The position numbers and the translations under genes were made by a program. From Sphyrna mokarran (lineage: Eukaryota), in NCBI GenBank assembly GCA_024679065.1, contig JAGIQG010000032.1, positions 12,276,001 to 12,340,000 on the forward strand: DNA of 64,000 bases. Direction: 5' to 3'. This document shows positions 39,487 through 51,814 of this stretch, in pieces (position 1 is the stretch's first letter; the number at the start of each line of letters is the position of its first letter). Below the pieces are notes generated by a model. It did not search any database, was not told where the DNA came from, and worked only from the letters and a program-made list of their open reading frames with translations.

Positions 39487-39492
39487 AATAAA
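39487..39492 (+). terminator. candidate distal polyadenylation signal of CHUK
   Basis: AATAAA closing a repeat-poor, U-rich UTR-like block (about 38.7-39.5 kb), just before L2 debris resumes. Confidence 0.4.
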
Positions 39493-40524
39493 GTATTCCA
39501 AGTAATTTCACAGGCATGATCAAATTAAATTGAACACTAAGCCAAATTTTAGGGCAGATTCAAAGTGGTAAATTTTAAGAGGCATATTGAAAAAGGAAAG
39601 ATAAGTGTGGAGGTTTAGAGATGGAATTGTAAAGCTTTAGTGTTTTAGCAACTGAAGGCATGACTGTCAGTGATAGCGCAAATAAAATCTGTGATGGTCA
39701 GTAAATTTGAATTGGAAAAGTGCAGAAATCTCAGGGTTGTAAGGCTGAAGGAAGGAAGTGTTGAGGAATGGCGAGGCTATCGAATGATTTTAAAATCAAG
39801 ACATTACTTAACTGGGTGTCAGTAGAAATCAACAAGAATACCAAAAGTTTATAGTTAATAGAACATGGGAGGCTGGAGAGCAATGCATTGGAAAACCCTA
39901 TATAGGTATTAAAAGTCTTGGATAAGGAGTTCAACAGTGGGTGAACCTTGCTTCTATTCAGCCCCTTTGTAATGATCTCGTTTGTAAAATAATTTTAGTA
40001 TGTATGTGAAAATACCAGCGAGTCTTTCTGTACCAAGCTCCAGCCTTCACTATGAGAGTTCCCATGTTCTCTATAATAAAAATCCTGATGAGAAAACTTC
40101 TTTTAATTTTTTAAAAGTTTATTTTTATAAGGGGGAGAATACATTTCTGGCATATCTCTAGTTTCCCTGACAACTGAATGGTTAGGCCACCTCAAGACAT
40201 CAAGAATCAACAGTTAAAGACCAGAGTCACACATAGACTTGGTCAGCAAGAATTGACAACTTCCTATGTTAGTAGGGATAATGAGTAGCTTTGACAGTTT
40301 TTATATGCTTAGTTATTTCAAATGCATGAAACCTAACTTTCTTGACTAGAATGTTGATTTAATTTGAAGATGGATTTAGTTTGACAGTTACACAGATAAG
40401 ATCATATAGAGGAATATGGGCCAAATGTGGGCAATTGGGTTTTTAAAAAATGGGTGGCTTAGACAAATTGGGCCAAAGAGCCTGTTTCCATGCTGTAAAC
40501 CTCTATGACCGAGCATTCATAATC

Positions 40525-40955
40525 TAAACTCAAAATGCTCTAGATGCTGGACATCTGCAATATAAACATGTTAAAAGTCCTCTGGTCAGACTATCTGTGG
40601 AAAGAAAAACAGTGTGTTAAGTTAAGGACCTTTCTTTTGTCCTTGCTTTTTTAGTAGACACTATTCCATTGTCTTAAACCACTCCTCCATCACCCCAGGA
40701 TCATGCTCTTTTTCCACAACACCTTCCCATGTGAGTGAAGATGCAACAACCTGCCTTTCCATGATCCATGGATCCAAATCCTTTCCACATGAAACATTGA
40801 TCTAACTGGGTGTAATTTGCTGCTGCTCATAATGTGACCTCTTTTACATTAGAGAGATCAAACATAAGATAGATGCTTGCTTTATATAACATTTGTTCCA
40901 TCCAGAAGTGTAACCTTGAACTTCTGGTCACTTGCCATTTTAATTTTCTGACACT
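40525..40955 (+). mobile_element. Penelope-like relic: terminal-repeat arm followed by a degenerate GIY-YIG segment
   Basis: Family-B-like arm at 40525-40635; LFYIREIKH at 40839-40865 (compare YIGETKR) and VTCHFN near 40927-40944. Confidence 0.55.
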
Positions 40956-41842
40956 GTGCACATGCTTTTTTTTTTAACCTCAGTCACAGGAGACTAGTTC
41001 ATGTTATTCTGCATGGTTGGTCATATGAACAGGTATGAACATCTTGCAGAAACATGGCGACACCTTTCATTCTTCCATTTTATCTTGAATAAAAGCAACA
41101 ATGCCAAAATGCAGGAATCTTACAAAATTCACATTTTCCATGGGCTTGTGGCCCATAAATATATATATATATATAGTGGTTTAAATGTTCCCATTACTAT
41201 AGAGATCCATTTACATGTCAAAATCCAGCAGAACGTAGGGCAGTTATGGGACCGTTTCATTGGTTCAGTTGGAAATTCTATTGGATTTTTTTTTTTATAC
41301 TTGCTGTTGCGTAATTAGTTGATACAAAACATTCCCATTTGGCTTTGAGACAAACTATACCAATCTATGGAGTTTCCAATGGACCTCTTTTTCACAACTA
41401 TTACATCCAGTTCTAAAGGACTCAATTTGATCAAAGTTGGTATGTATCTAAAACAGAAACTCATCACCAAAGTAATTTCTAATTGATAGATTTGCTTACT
41501 TGTGACTCCTAACCCACAGCAACATTAATGGGCCGACCAAGTAAGTCAACTGTGTTCAAGGGGGCAAATCACCATCACCTTCTCAAAGACATTAAATGCG
41601 GATTTGCCAGCAATGCCTACGTCCTGTGAATGGTAAATAAAGTGGGAGACAAGACAAAGAGAGCGTAAAAAGTTCGGTGCTGAAAAGCAAAGAAGTAAAC
41701 ATTACCTTGTTGATTTATTTGTGTGAGTAACAGAGTATATGAAAATGCAATACATCTTGATTTTTAGAAAAGATGTCCAATAATAGACTAATGAATAAAG
41801 CTAGAGAAGTTGAAATGACCGGCTGACCTCAAGACAGAAAGG

Positions 41843-42060
41843 ACACTGTTGCACAGTGGGTAGCGTCCCTGCCCCTCAGCCAGAAGCTTTGGGTTTGAAT
41901 CCCACTGTGAAAAGATGCATTCATAATGTGATCAATTCTCCCAAAAAGCTGCTGGCAGGCATTAAGAATGGGAGAGTCTCCTGGTTGAATTGAAGTGACA
42001 TTCCTCAGGCTGTAGCCTCTGGCAGCAGACTGGTGATCCATTCCAAAAAAACCAATGGAA
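41843..42060 (+). mobile_element. tRNA-derived SINE
   Basis: A/B-box-like head gttgcacagtgggtagcg...gggtttgaatccc. Confidence 0.55.
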
Positions 42061-42079
42061 ACAGACATACACACATGCT

Positions 42080-43090
42080 TTGTCTCCCTCGTGTCACTAG
42101 ATATAGATAAGCCTATAATTAAATCAAGGCAAAAAGTTGAGGATGTGAGAAAAGGGTAGTTATTCAAAGCGGCAGAAAGTGGGAAGCAATGTTCCACAAG
42201 GATCATTGCTGTTTAAAATTTACATTAACAATTTGGACTTTGGAATCAAAAATATAATCTCTAGATTTGGGCACAGTCAATACTTTAGGCCTGCAACAAG
42301 CTACAGGAAGACATTAATGAATTGCTAGAATAGACAAACAATTAGTAAATGAGGTTCAACACAAACATGAGATAATACATTTTGGTAGGCAGAATAAGAA
42401 ATTACATGGAAAATGCAAGATGAGATGTTATAGAGGAACAAAGTGACCTTGGATTACAAATACATCAAGCATACATAGTTGTGCTACGGGTTAGCAAGGT
42501 CATAAAGAAAATAATTCAATCGCTCAGCCTTATTTTTAGATGGATACAATTTAAAAGTAGGGAACTTACCTAAGCTCAGACTGAACCTTGGCCAGGCCAC
42601 TCCTGGAGAACAGTATGCACTTCTGGTCATTTAATTATAAACAAAGTATAGAGGTATTGGAGAAGTTGCAGAGAAAATTCATGAGGTGATACCAGAAATT
42701 TGTGGGTATAGGTATCAATTTGTGGGAAAGATATACAAGCTGTGCCTCAGGCTAAGGTATGACTTAAAAGAGTATTTAAAATTGAGATGTTTTGACAATG
42801 AATGTTTGTTGTGAGGAACAGCATAACTTGAGATAGTGACCAAGAAATCTAACAGTGAATTCAGAAGAAACTTCTTTGCTCAAAGAATGGTGACAATGTG
42901 GAGCTTGCTACCAATAGGAGGGATTGAAACAAATAGCTGTATGTTAGTGGAAGATAGACAAGAATTTAAGGGAGAAGGGAATAGGGTATTACAGTAGTAG
43001 ATGAAGAAAGATGGGTGGAGGTTCAACTGCAGCACAAATAGTAGTATAAGACTGGTTTGGCCAAATGGCTTGCTTCTGGGCTGCATTTCC
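42080..43090 (+). mobile_element. degenerate CR1 LINE
   Basis: Decayed RT motifs (gttccacaagga, catttt-ggtagg, cagaagaaacttcttt-ctcaaagaatggt) and tail ggccaaatggcttgcttct. Confidence 0.7.
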
Positions 43091-43509
43091 TACGTAATCT
43101 TATGCGTAATTTTCCTCTAACTGGTTACTGCCTTAAGAACAACTTTGTTAACTGAGTCCACAAAATTGTTTTACTCTCATTTGAGTGTGATTACAAAAGT
43201 GGAACAGTCTTGATAAATTTATTTACTAAAACTGCTAGAAATGCACAGCAGGATGATAACCACAGAAGAAAAAGCAGATTAATCAATGTCTTGAGTGGAG
43301 AATTCTTTGAGCAATGCAGTAGTGTTTCAATTCCTCACTAAAGGGCCAGTCTGGATAAGGTATTGGAATTTCTTTAGGAAAAGCATTTGATTTTATAAGT
43401 TCTGACTTTGCTGTGTGAAACCATATTTTTGGTTATACAAAGCTGCAAGTGATTAAATACTGCTGTGTAACACTGTAAGTAACTGTATTTAAGTGAGTGT
43501 AGAGGTTAT

Positions 43510-43638
43510 GGCTGGAATTTTCTGACCTCGCCTGTGACTAGGATTCTCCAATCGCTTTGCAGTGAATGGAGATTTGGCTGAGCACCAAATTCTCTGTTCT
43601 TGTTGGTAGTGGGGTGTACAATACTGGAGAATTCTGCC
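43510..43638. mobile_element. short MITE-like element
   Basis: TIRs ggctggaattttct / ggagaattctgcc. Confidence 0.6.
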
Positions 43639-44301
43639 AATATCTTTATCTGTATTATATGTGTAAATATGGTAAAGATTTTGCACTAGACCACACTTTT
43701 TGGTACATTTCAATTCACATTTTAGTTATAATTCTCTCAGTTTTACTATGTTTTAAAATACTAATTTCCACTGGTCTGTCATGTCTAAATTCCTCTGCAG
43801 CTTATCTTTGAACTCCATTCACTAATGATAAATGATGAACAAACACTGTAAACCATCTATTATGCAATTGTGTTGCTCTTAAAGGAACAATCACCACAAC
43901 AATGTGTCAAATAGAATATAAAAATAATTTACACCATTTTCATTCCATTCAGTTTCTCAATGAAAGATTCAATAATAGTTTGTACTTCATTTTTCATTCT
44001 GTGCCTGGAAACATTCTGCCAATCCAACTCCATAGTACCCACAATTATAATAGAGATCTAATCCAGCTTTCCATAATGTTCAGGATGACACTTCCTCAAG
44101 ATTATTTCTGTAATCTACTTCCCTTTTTCATAATCCTTGCAGTACTGCAGTTTAGAGCAACTCAGTTTTGCACACCTCCCATCCTCCTGTACCTTGTTTT
44201 TTCATAATCTGATCATGTGAGGAATGACTCCCCTACCATGCCATACTGACCACAGCAAGGCTTTTTTTGTGAATTTACATGGATTAAGATTTTTATTCAT
44301 C

Positions 44302-44416
44302 GGGCTGAATTTTCCCATGCTGCCTGCCACAGGGCGGGACAAGATCATACGAAGGTCCGTTGACCTCAGGCAAGATTTTCCGGTTTTGGAGCGAGTGTGA
44401 CCACAGAATCACACCC
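44302..44416. mobile_element. short MITE-like element
   Basis: Shares internal gttgacct-ggc-agattttcc with 48346-48463; GGGC-GAATTTTCC-type terminus. Confidence 0.6.
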
Positions 44417-45124
44417 ACCATCTGTGCTGTTACAATCACAACTGATCCTAATACTCGACAAGCCAGATCCCATAACTTGATGGATCCTAAATTTGTTTTT
44501 CTCAAAGTCATGGTTGTCACTCACTGAGCACATTCACAAGAATCTGCCAATGTACTTTTAACACACAGTAACATATTTATTAAACAAGAAAATGAACAGT
44601 ATTACACCACACAAAAAAACTAGGAAAGAATTTGATACAAATGTCCGAAAATTATTTCAACGCAGACATTTCTTTTTATCCCTGCAATGCCTTTAAGACA
44701 CATAATCCCAGTGAAGATTTATCCACACCAAATTTCCTTGTTTGAATTGCAAATAGTTTTCTTCCAGTAAATTTCTGAGTATACACTGAATGTTTTTTTC
44801 CCCAAGTAGCATCCCTCCCTGAGACATCTAAAAACTGCAATCTAAAATCATCATTGTTTCAGAGCAAACATGAGTTCCCTAAATTCAGTTTCCCAGTGGT
44901 CTTTTCAGGATTTCTTATGAGGGAGTTTATAACTCCTGTCTTCACTCTCTGGCATGCACACACTGACTAAACTGCTCTTCTCTTTTTCTCCACGTCTCCA
45001 TAAGCAACAGCAAAGTTTCTTCTTTTATTTTAATTCACCAAACTCTTAACTCCTTTGCAACCCATCAAGAGTTGTAATACCTCATTAAAAATGCATGTAT
45101 ACAATCACAGCCTCCAGACTTCCT

Positions 45125-45358
45125 GGCATCAAGGTTCAACACAGATATGTAGGGGACGTATTTTACACAGACGGTGGTGGGGGCTTGGAATGCACTACCA
45201 AGCAAGGTGGCTGAGGCAGACACACTAGGATCATTTAAGACTTATCTAGATAGCCACATGAGCAGACATGGAATAGAGAGATGGTTTAGTTAGGGACACA
45301 TGATTGGTATAGGCTTGGAGGGCCAAAGAGCTTGTTCCTGTGCAGTATTGTTCTTTGT
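45125..45358 (+). mobile_element. CR1 LINE 3' end
   Basis: ttttacacagacggtggtgggggcttggaatgcactacca...gggccaaagagcttgttcctgtgcagta. Confidence 0.8.
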
Positions 45359-46844
45359 ATCAAGCTCACAAAAAAAACTCTAAATGAAACAAATGAAATT
45401 CCTCCTTTCTTTAACTCATAAATGCAAATATAAATTAAACTTAAAGTTATATACATTGTTCCTAATGGCACTTTGACTATTTATATGCTGGCTGCAAACA
45501 AACCAGTCCTGCAGTTGTCCATGAGTTTAAAACACAAAAGGACAAGTTTTGATTGAGCTAAAAACCCACCCAGATACAGATATAAAGATATATTGAAAGG
45601 TAAAAGCCTTGCCTGATCTTTGCAGCATTTACACATGCACCCGAACATACAAATTACAAGTTGTACAATGACAAGTTACTGAGGGCAAATTATAAATTCA
45701 ATTCCAAAAGGTAAAAAAGAGTTCACTATTTATGAATCATTCACTGATATCAATAGCTGAAGCTGAATATTTTTCACGGGTAGTCTTGAAATTTCAAGAG
45801 TTGGATTCCATGTAGACTGTATTTCTAGAGGTGGTCTCTGTTTAAAAACTTAGTCTGTTTTTTCCAAAAGTCGAAGATTTTTGTACCTGAGTTTCCTATT
45901 GATGAAAATTCTCTACTTCTTGCCAGATTTCAAACCATGATAAAAGTAGGATCTTGAAGAAGGGACAGGGAGAGTATTTCTGCCCCCCTGGCTTTCTTCC
46001 AGACAATCCCTTAACAGCTTGTTTGTTGTAATAAAAGAAACTTCAGAAATAGCTATTCTGCTCACATGAACTTTCTCCCCGTAATGATTTTGGAAGGTAT
46101 TTGCTTGCTGTATGTCTGGACAGATCATGGCTATTGCTTTATGGCTGAAGTGATTAAATAATGGGATGTCTTAGTCATTATTTCCTGACTGACCCTTTAT
46201 CCATCTAGATGAGAAAGGAAGAACAACTTTCCATATAGTTATTTTCCTGGTAGACTTTCTGTCTCTGCATGAGAGATAGTTTCATAGAATCACAAATGTT
46301 GAGCAATAGTACAGTTATAGCTCATCCTTTAAAGTAGTTTTTGACATTAGTAGATGTGAAATTCCATAGGAGGCTGCCTGGACACAGTTTAATTGTATTC
46401 CACATTAGAACCTTCCAGAAAATTGACAACTCATAATACCAGATGTCAAATGACTTTATAGCTATCTTAAAACAGAATCCTTGCTTGCTTTTTATAAGTT
46501 CCTTTTAAATAGTTCAATATGTGTTTGATCAGGTGACCAAATTAAAGATTAATATCAATCATTGTGATATTTTTATATGTCCATGCTATGCTTTTGCATT
46601 TTAATCAATAACTGTAAAAAATATTTCAGAAAAATATTGCTTTTAATGGTTTATTTTTGAAAAGAATATTCTCATAAATCTTAAAGCACAGGAATTAATT
46701 TTGGTTGATATGCAAAATGTTAGTTTTTCCTAAATTGTAAACAATTAGTTTTATTACATAATACAAAAAACCCATACCAGTAATATTACATCCTTTGTTT
46801 CATATCCTAATGTGGAAGAATAAAATGTTGAGGCTAGCAACTAG

Positions 46845-46978
46845 ATAAAAGCAAAATTACTGTGGATACTGGAATCTGAAACACAAACAGAAAATGCTAG
46901 AAAATCTCAGCAGGTCTGACGGCATCTGGAGAGAGAACACAGCCAACATTTTAAGTCTGGATTGCCCTTGATCACAGC
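46845..46978. mobile_element. single arm of a family-B Penelope-like terminal repeat
   Basis: aaaagcaaaattactgtggatactggaatctgaaac...gcatctggagagagaacacagcc resembles the 24374 and 61560 left arms. Confidence 0.6.
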
Positions 46979-47189
46979 ACTGTTTGAGTTAATCAATACA
47001 GCTATTCACTACTTTTATCATTAAATGACTTATTTTTAACACTATACCTTATCTTCTTCAGTGCATGCGTGATGCCCTGTACGCGGGGTGTACATGCATT
47101 TGGTACACATTTTCAGTCTAAGTTTCAAGGGGTTTAGATGCTACTTTCCTGGATTATGTGATCATACAAACAGTTTATTTTTGTTTATT

Positions 47190-47640
47190 TAGGGATGTTG
47201 GCATCGCGGGGCTGGGTCAGTCGTTATTGCCTATTTCTAATTGCCCTTGAGAAGGTGGTGGAGAGCTGCCTTTTTGAACCACTGCAGTTCGTATAGTGTA
47301 GGTACATCCACAGTTCTGTTACGGTGGGCATTCCAGGATTTTGACACAGCCACAGTGAAAAAAAGGGTGATATTTTTCCAAGTCAGGGTGATAAATAAAT
47401 TGAAGGTGAACTTCCAAATGGTGGTGCTTGCATGTGTCTATTTTCCTTGTCAGTTTTGGTCAATGCTAAGTCCCAGGATGGTAATAACGGGGGATTCAGC
47501 AAAAGTAATGCCATTGAATGTCAAGGGGCAACAGTTAGATTCTCTCTTGTTGGAGATGTTGACACTTGTATGGTGCAAATGTTATTTGCCACTAGTCAGC
47601 CCAAGCATGGATATTGTCCAGCTGTTGCTGCATTTGGACA
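47190..47640 (-). mobile_element. LINE 3' end (same family as 14880); accounts for the 163-aa ORF
   Basis: tattgcctatttctaattgcccttgagaaggtggtgg tail. Confidence 0.75.
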
Positions 47641-48345
47641 TAAATGTAAGATCATACATGTTAACTCTCATGAAAGGATATAGGGTCAGAAGTTCAACTC
47701 AGAATCAAATAAGATGTTACAGTTGCAAATAACTCATTTCAAATGAAATTATGTTGGGAAAAGGAATGGATTCAGTGGCAAGAGTATGAAGTTAGTGGTA
47801 GACACTGAAGATAATGGCTAAGGTGTTTAACTGGTGGAAATTGCAGTTCATTCAAAACTAGACAAGCAGTCAGACAACATAGTTGCAGTGGAGGGATTGA
47901 GACAGGTGGTGGAGAGTTACTTATTTTGAAATACATTTTGACAGCTCGTCCATCTTGTTCCACATTGCTCTTCCCCTTCCAGCCATATTTGCTGCTTCTG
48001 TCTTCCATACGAAGTGTAATCCAATACCAATGATAGGGAATGAAGCAGACAAAATAGGAACAGCTGAGTCTACCCAAAATAGTTGGCATGTTTAATACAG
48101 TATGAGCTGTACCTTTGTCAATGAGATTTGCTGTTCGGACAGCGTAGAGAGAGTTTTATTCTGAATCTGGCTGTCTTGTCTGTGATCCAGGAATGATTGA
48201 TGCCGGTACCATTTCGCAGTACTAGCCTGGGGCACAGAAAATATGTAACTTAGCAAGAAGAGACTTTTGCATTTACATAGCACCCTCCACAACCTCAGGA
48301 CTCTTCCAAAGCAGTTTACAGCCACTAGCTATAAAGTAGGAAACA

Positions 48346-48463
48346 GGCAGAAATTTCCAGTCCCACCTGCCATGGGAATTGTAACAGGCAGAACAGAACC
48401 ATGCAAAGATCTGTTGACCTTGGGCGAGATTTTCCTGTCTTGGGGTGAGCGGAAAATCCGCCC
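48346..48463. mobile_element. short MITE-like element upstream of the ERLIN1 promoter
   Basis: TIRs ggcagaaatttcc / ggaaaatccgcc. Confidence 0.65.
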
Positions 48464-48764
48464 CCAGTGAATTTGCTGTGCAAACTCCCACAAGCAGCAA
48501 TGTGACAATGACTAGATAATTTAAATGATAGAGTGGGGCATGGTCCATTGTGATAGATCACAATGCATGGTCGTATCTTTTGATTTAATTCCCAGGAGGG
48601 TCACTTTTTTTTCCTTGCAGTAGCTTCTTCCTTTGTACAACAGGCAACTTGGAAAGATTTTTTTTAAATAAATCATATGGAAAATAATTTTTTTAAAAAA
48701 ATTGGTTTCTGATAGCCAGGAGTATCGGAGTATTGAGATTTGTGTTTTGGTTAAATCATAAAAC

Positions 48765-48973
48765 TTGGGTGGCGGGGGAAAAGAACAAAACACGAATCAG
48801 TCCTTGCAAAGACTTCTTGTCTGGTGCAGTGAAGGTCCTGAATTATATGTCGGCAGGGCGGTTAAAGGGGATGTGGGGGATCTCCCCTTTAAGGAGGGGT
48901 TACTGAATGATCCGGAAGTGAAGAAGCTGGTGCTGGTTGGGGGCAGTCGGTACTGAGGAAGGCGGCGGAATCG
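48765..48973 (+). promoter_or_regulatory. ERLIN1: ERLIN1 promoter and probable non-coding first exon
   Basis: Local GC/CpG enrichment, GC-box-like GGCGGGG near 48771, ETS/GABP consensus CCGGAAGTG at 48912-48920 and a strong donor TCG|GTGAGT at 48973/48974. The ATG exon has its own acceptor, so an upstream exon is expected. Confidence 0.7.
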
Positions 48974-50680
48974 GTGAGTAGCGGTTGCGGTTGGAGGTGA
49001 AAGCTGCGGTTCCAGACTTGGAGAGGCTCAGTCTCAGACTCAGGGGCCTTGCCACCCTCTAATCCCCAACTTTTATTTCACGTAGGGGGAACACTTGGTT
49101 TATTTTTTTTAAGACTTTGGCGGGGAGAGCAAAGCCCCTCTTCCTCAGCCCAACCACCATTCTCAGCTGCAGCTCCACATTTCCATTCCCCCTCTCCCCC
49201 CATTGATTGTGTTGAAATGTTTCCTGTTTGTGTACAAACTCCTAATTGTGCTCATTTCCTGCTCTGTGCTTTTATCTGTATCCAGAATTGCTCTTTCCAA
49301 TCATTCACCCTTTCCATACTGCATTCCACGCAAGCCTCTGATTAATGTATTGTAGCTGTCAGATTTGCTGAGCCCATCTCCTGTCTGTTAATTCAGCACA
49401 GCAGACTTCTAAATCCCCTTCCCTTTCCACACTACTTGATGGGTGCAGCTTTATCCAGTTCTGAATTTGTGTGGCTCCTTTGTTTTTCACCAGACAGTTC
49501 ACTCTCTTAAGCTTTTCTGCTCTTACTAATCCTCGCTGCTTCTGAGGCCTCTTATCTCAAAGCCCCAGTCACCTCCCCCTGCCTAGTGTCATAATACCAC
49601 TTTGCCAGATGTCAATTTATTTTCTGTTTTCTCGGGTGTTGTTGGAGTAACTTAGACGTTTTGATTTGCTGCTAATTGCTAAGACGTAACCAGAAAGTGA
49701 ATATTTGCCACTTGAGAGGTTTGAACAAATATTAAAAATCCAATTTAAAGTGCATGGCATGTGCAAAAATGCTAGGATCGGGTTTGTGGATGAGATTGCT
49801 GGGTGAGCTTCAAATTGACTTCAGAGAGGTGATGTTGCTTAGTTGGAAGGCAAGTTAATTATCACTTGAGCATTCGAGCCTGTAATCCATTGCCATACTC
49901 TTGCAATTTAAGGTACTTCTCCTTTTCTACAATATTTATAATCTTCTATAAAATCCCTCTCACTAATCTACTTCCAAGGTTAAAGAGCCCAAATTTCTCC
50001 ATGATTGACAACTGTTGAGGCTTGTACATTATCACCGGAACATAAATGATTCAGTGACCAGAACTGGGCACTTCTGATGCACTCTGACCAGAGTATTGTA
50101 AAGTTTGATCAAATCTGATGTATTGTATTGTTTTGGCTGAATAATTCAGTGGATGTAAAAGATCCCACAATGCTATTTTTCCTTGACATCTATACCTCAG
50201 CTATTTCTTGTGATGTTGGTCATTTTCACTTTTTTGTGGCACTTGATGTGCTAATTGGATGTGAATCCTTCATTACAACAGTGACTGCACTTTGGAAATA
50301 CTTCCTTAGTTGTAAAGTGCAAAATAACTACAAATTATTTTAATCTGTTGGCACCCTGCCATTTTGCATGCGGTGTACAAAGGTCTTTTTCAGCTTCATC
50401 TTTTGCTATTTCACCCAATTCTGCTGCGTGGGTGTTTTCCACTTTTTTTGAGTGTTTCACTTCACATATATTGACATCAAATTTAATATCCCTTTGTTCT
50501 GACCACTTAGTCATTTTATTTAGTTTATTCTGTAATTTGAGCTGCCATTTTCTAGTTCGCTAACCCTCTTGGTTTGGTATCAGCTGCAAATTTGATTAAT
50601 TTGCATAGACTGTCTGATTTCAAGCCATTCTGCACTGGAAACTGTAGTAGATTGTACTGGAGGCATAACTAGAATGGAGT

Positions 50681-50914
50681 AGAAAACTCTCTTCAACACC
50701 AAGTTAAAGTCCAATAGGTTTATTTGGCAGCACAAGTCATTAGCTTTTGGAGCGCTGCCCTTTCTCAGGTAAGTGGGCCTTACTTACCTGACGAAAGGGC
50801 AGCGCTCGGAAAGCTGGTGGCTTGTGCTACCAAATAAACATGCTGGACTTTAACCTGGTATTGTGAAACTTCTTACTGTGTTTACCCCGGTCCAATACCA
50901 GCATCTCCACATCT
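50681..50914. mobile_element. palindromic Penelope-like element (family A) with perfect 15-bp TSD
   Basis: Near-spacerless hairpin centred on 50778; TAACTAGAATGGAGT at 50666-50680 and 50915-50929; hammerhead-like CTGACGA at 50788-50794 and GAAA at 50809-50812. Confidence 0.85.
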
Positions 50915-51081
50915 TAACTAGAATGGAGTCAGACAGTCACTTGATAGTATGGAACTTGAGTATCACTGAAAAGAGAGACGTGTCCAAGAATTTTGTCTTG
51001 CACTCATCAGGACACTTCGCAGAAATGTCAGTGTAAGGGGAAACAATTTATGCTGTTTGAAAAGAGAATTTTGCTTGTTGA

Positions 51082-51380
51082 AGGCCATGGCGTAGTGGTA
51101 TAGTCACTGGATGTGTCCTTTAGAGACCCAGCCTAATGCTGTTGGACTCTGGGTTCGAATGCCACCACAGCAGATGATGTTTGAATTCAATAAAATTGGT
51201 CTAATGGTGATAGTGAAAACATTGTCGCTTGTTGTCAAATAATCATTCTAAGGAAAAATGCCAACCTTACCTGACATATATCCACACAAAATGCCTCCTG
51301 AAATGGTTTACCCACACATTATGAGGGCAGTTGGAATAGGCAATAAATGTTGGCTGGTCGGTGATGCCTGTATCCCATAC
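51082..51380 (+). mobile_element. tRNA-derived SINE with LINE-type tail
   Basis: A box tggcgtagtgg, B box gggttcgaatgcc; tail gggcagttggaataggcaataaatgttggc resembles the LINE end at 2041-2100. Confidence 0.75.
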
Positions 51381-51814
51381 TTTTTTAAAAAGAAGTTGAT
51401 GGTGACAAATGACTCCCAGGCATTGTTTGAAATTTAAACCAGGGCAAAGAATGAATTAGTGATTGGCTGTCGCTTATTTTTGTTTAGCTGAAACAGGTTT
51501 ATCCTGTCTACAGCTTCTAATACAAGCAAATGCACCATGCTCTGAGCCTAACTTAATCTTAAATTTCTTATCAGTGTACTTAAAACACAGAAATATTTAG
51601 AAAATATTGCCAATATTACACACTGTTTTGAGTTTTGCGAGCACGGGCTGGATGGATACATATCATGTCCCAGGTGCACTTTGGTTTGATATGATCTGCT
51701 GGTCTTCAGGGTATACAGCCTATGTATCTAGCATTGGTACTAAAATTCATGTATCAAGTTACTCATTTGTGTGATAGGACATCTTTTTGGCCTGATTGTG
51801 CCACCTGATGCTGT

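Noticed and set aside
47241-47732. Longest ORF in the track (163 aa)
   Set aside because: Antisense reading of a LINE 3' end, with a non-ATG start and no splice or homology support.
50781-50790. U1 snRNA gene or pseudogene
   Set aside because: The match is limited to 10 nt and the sequence continues as the repeat, not as U1.
51082-51165. tRNA-like A and B boxes
   Set aside because: It is a SINE head continuing into a SINE body and tail; I could not build a cloverleaf.
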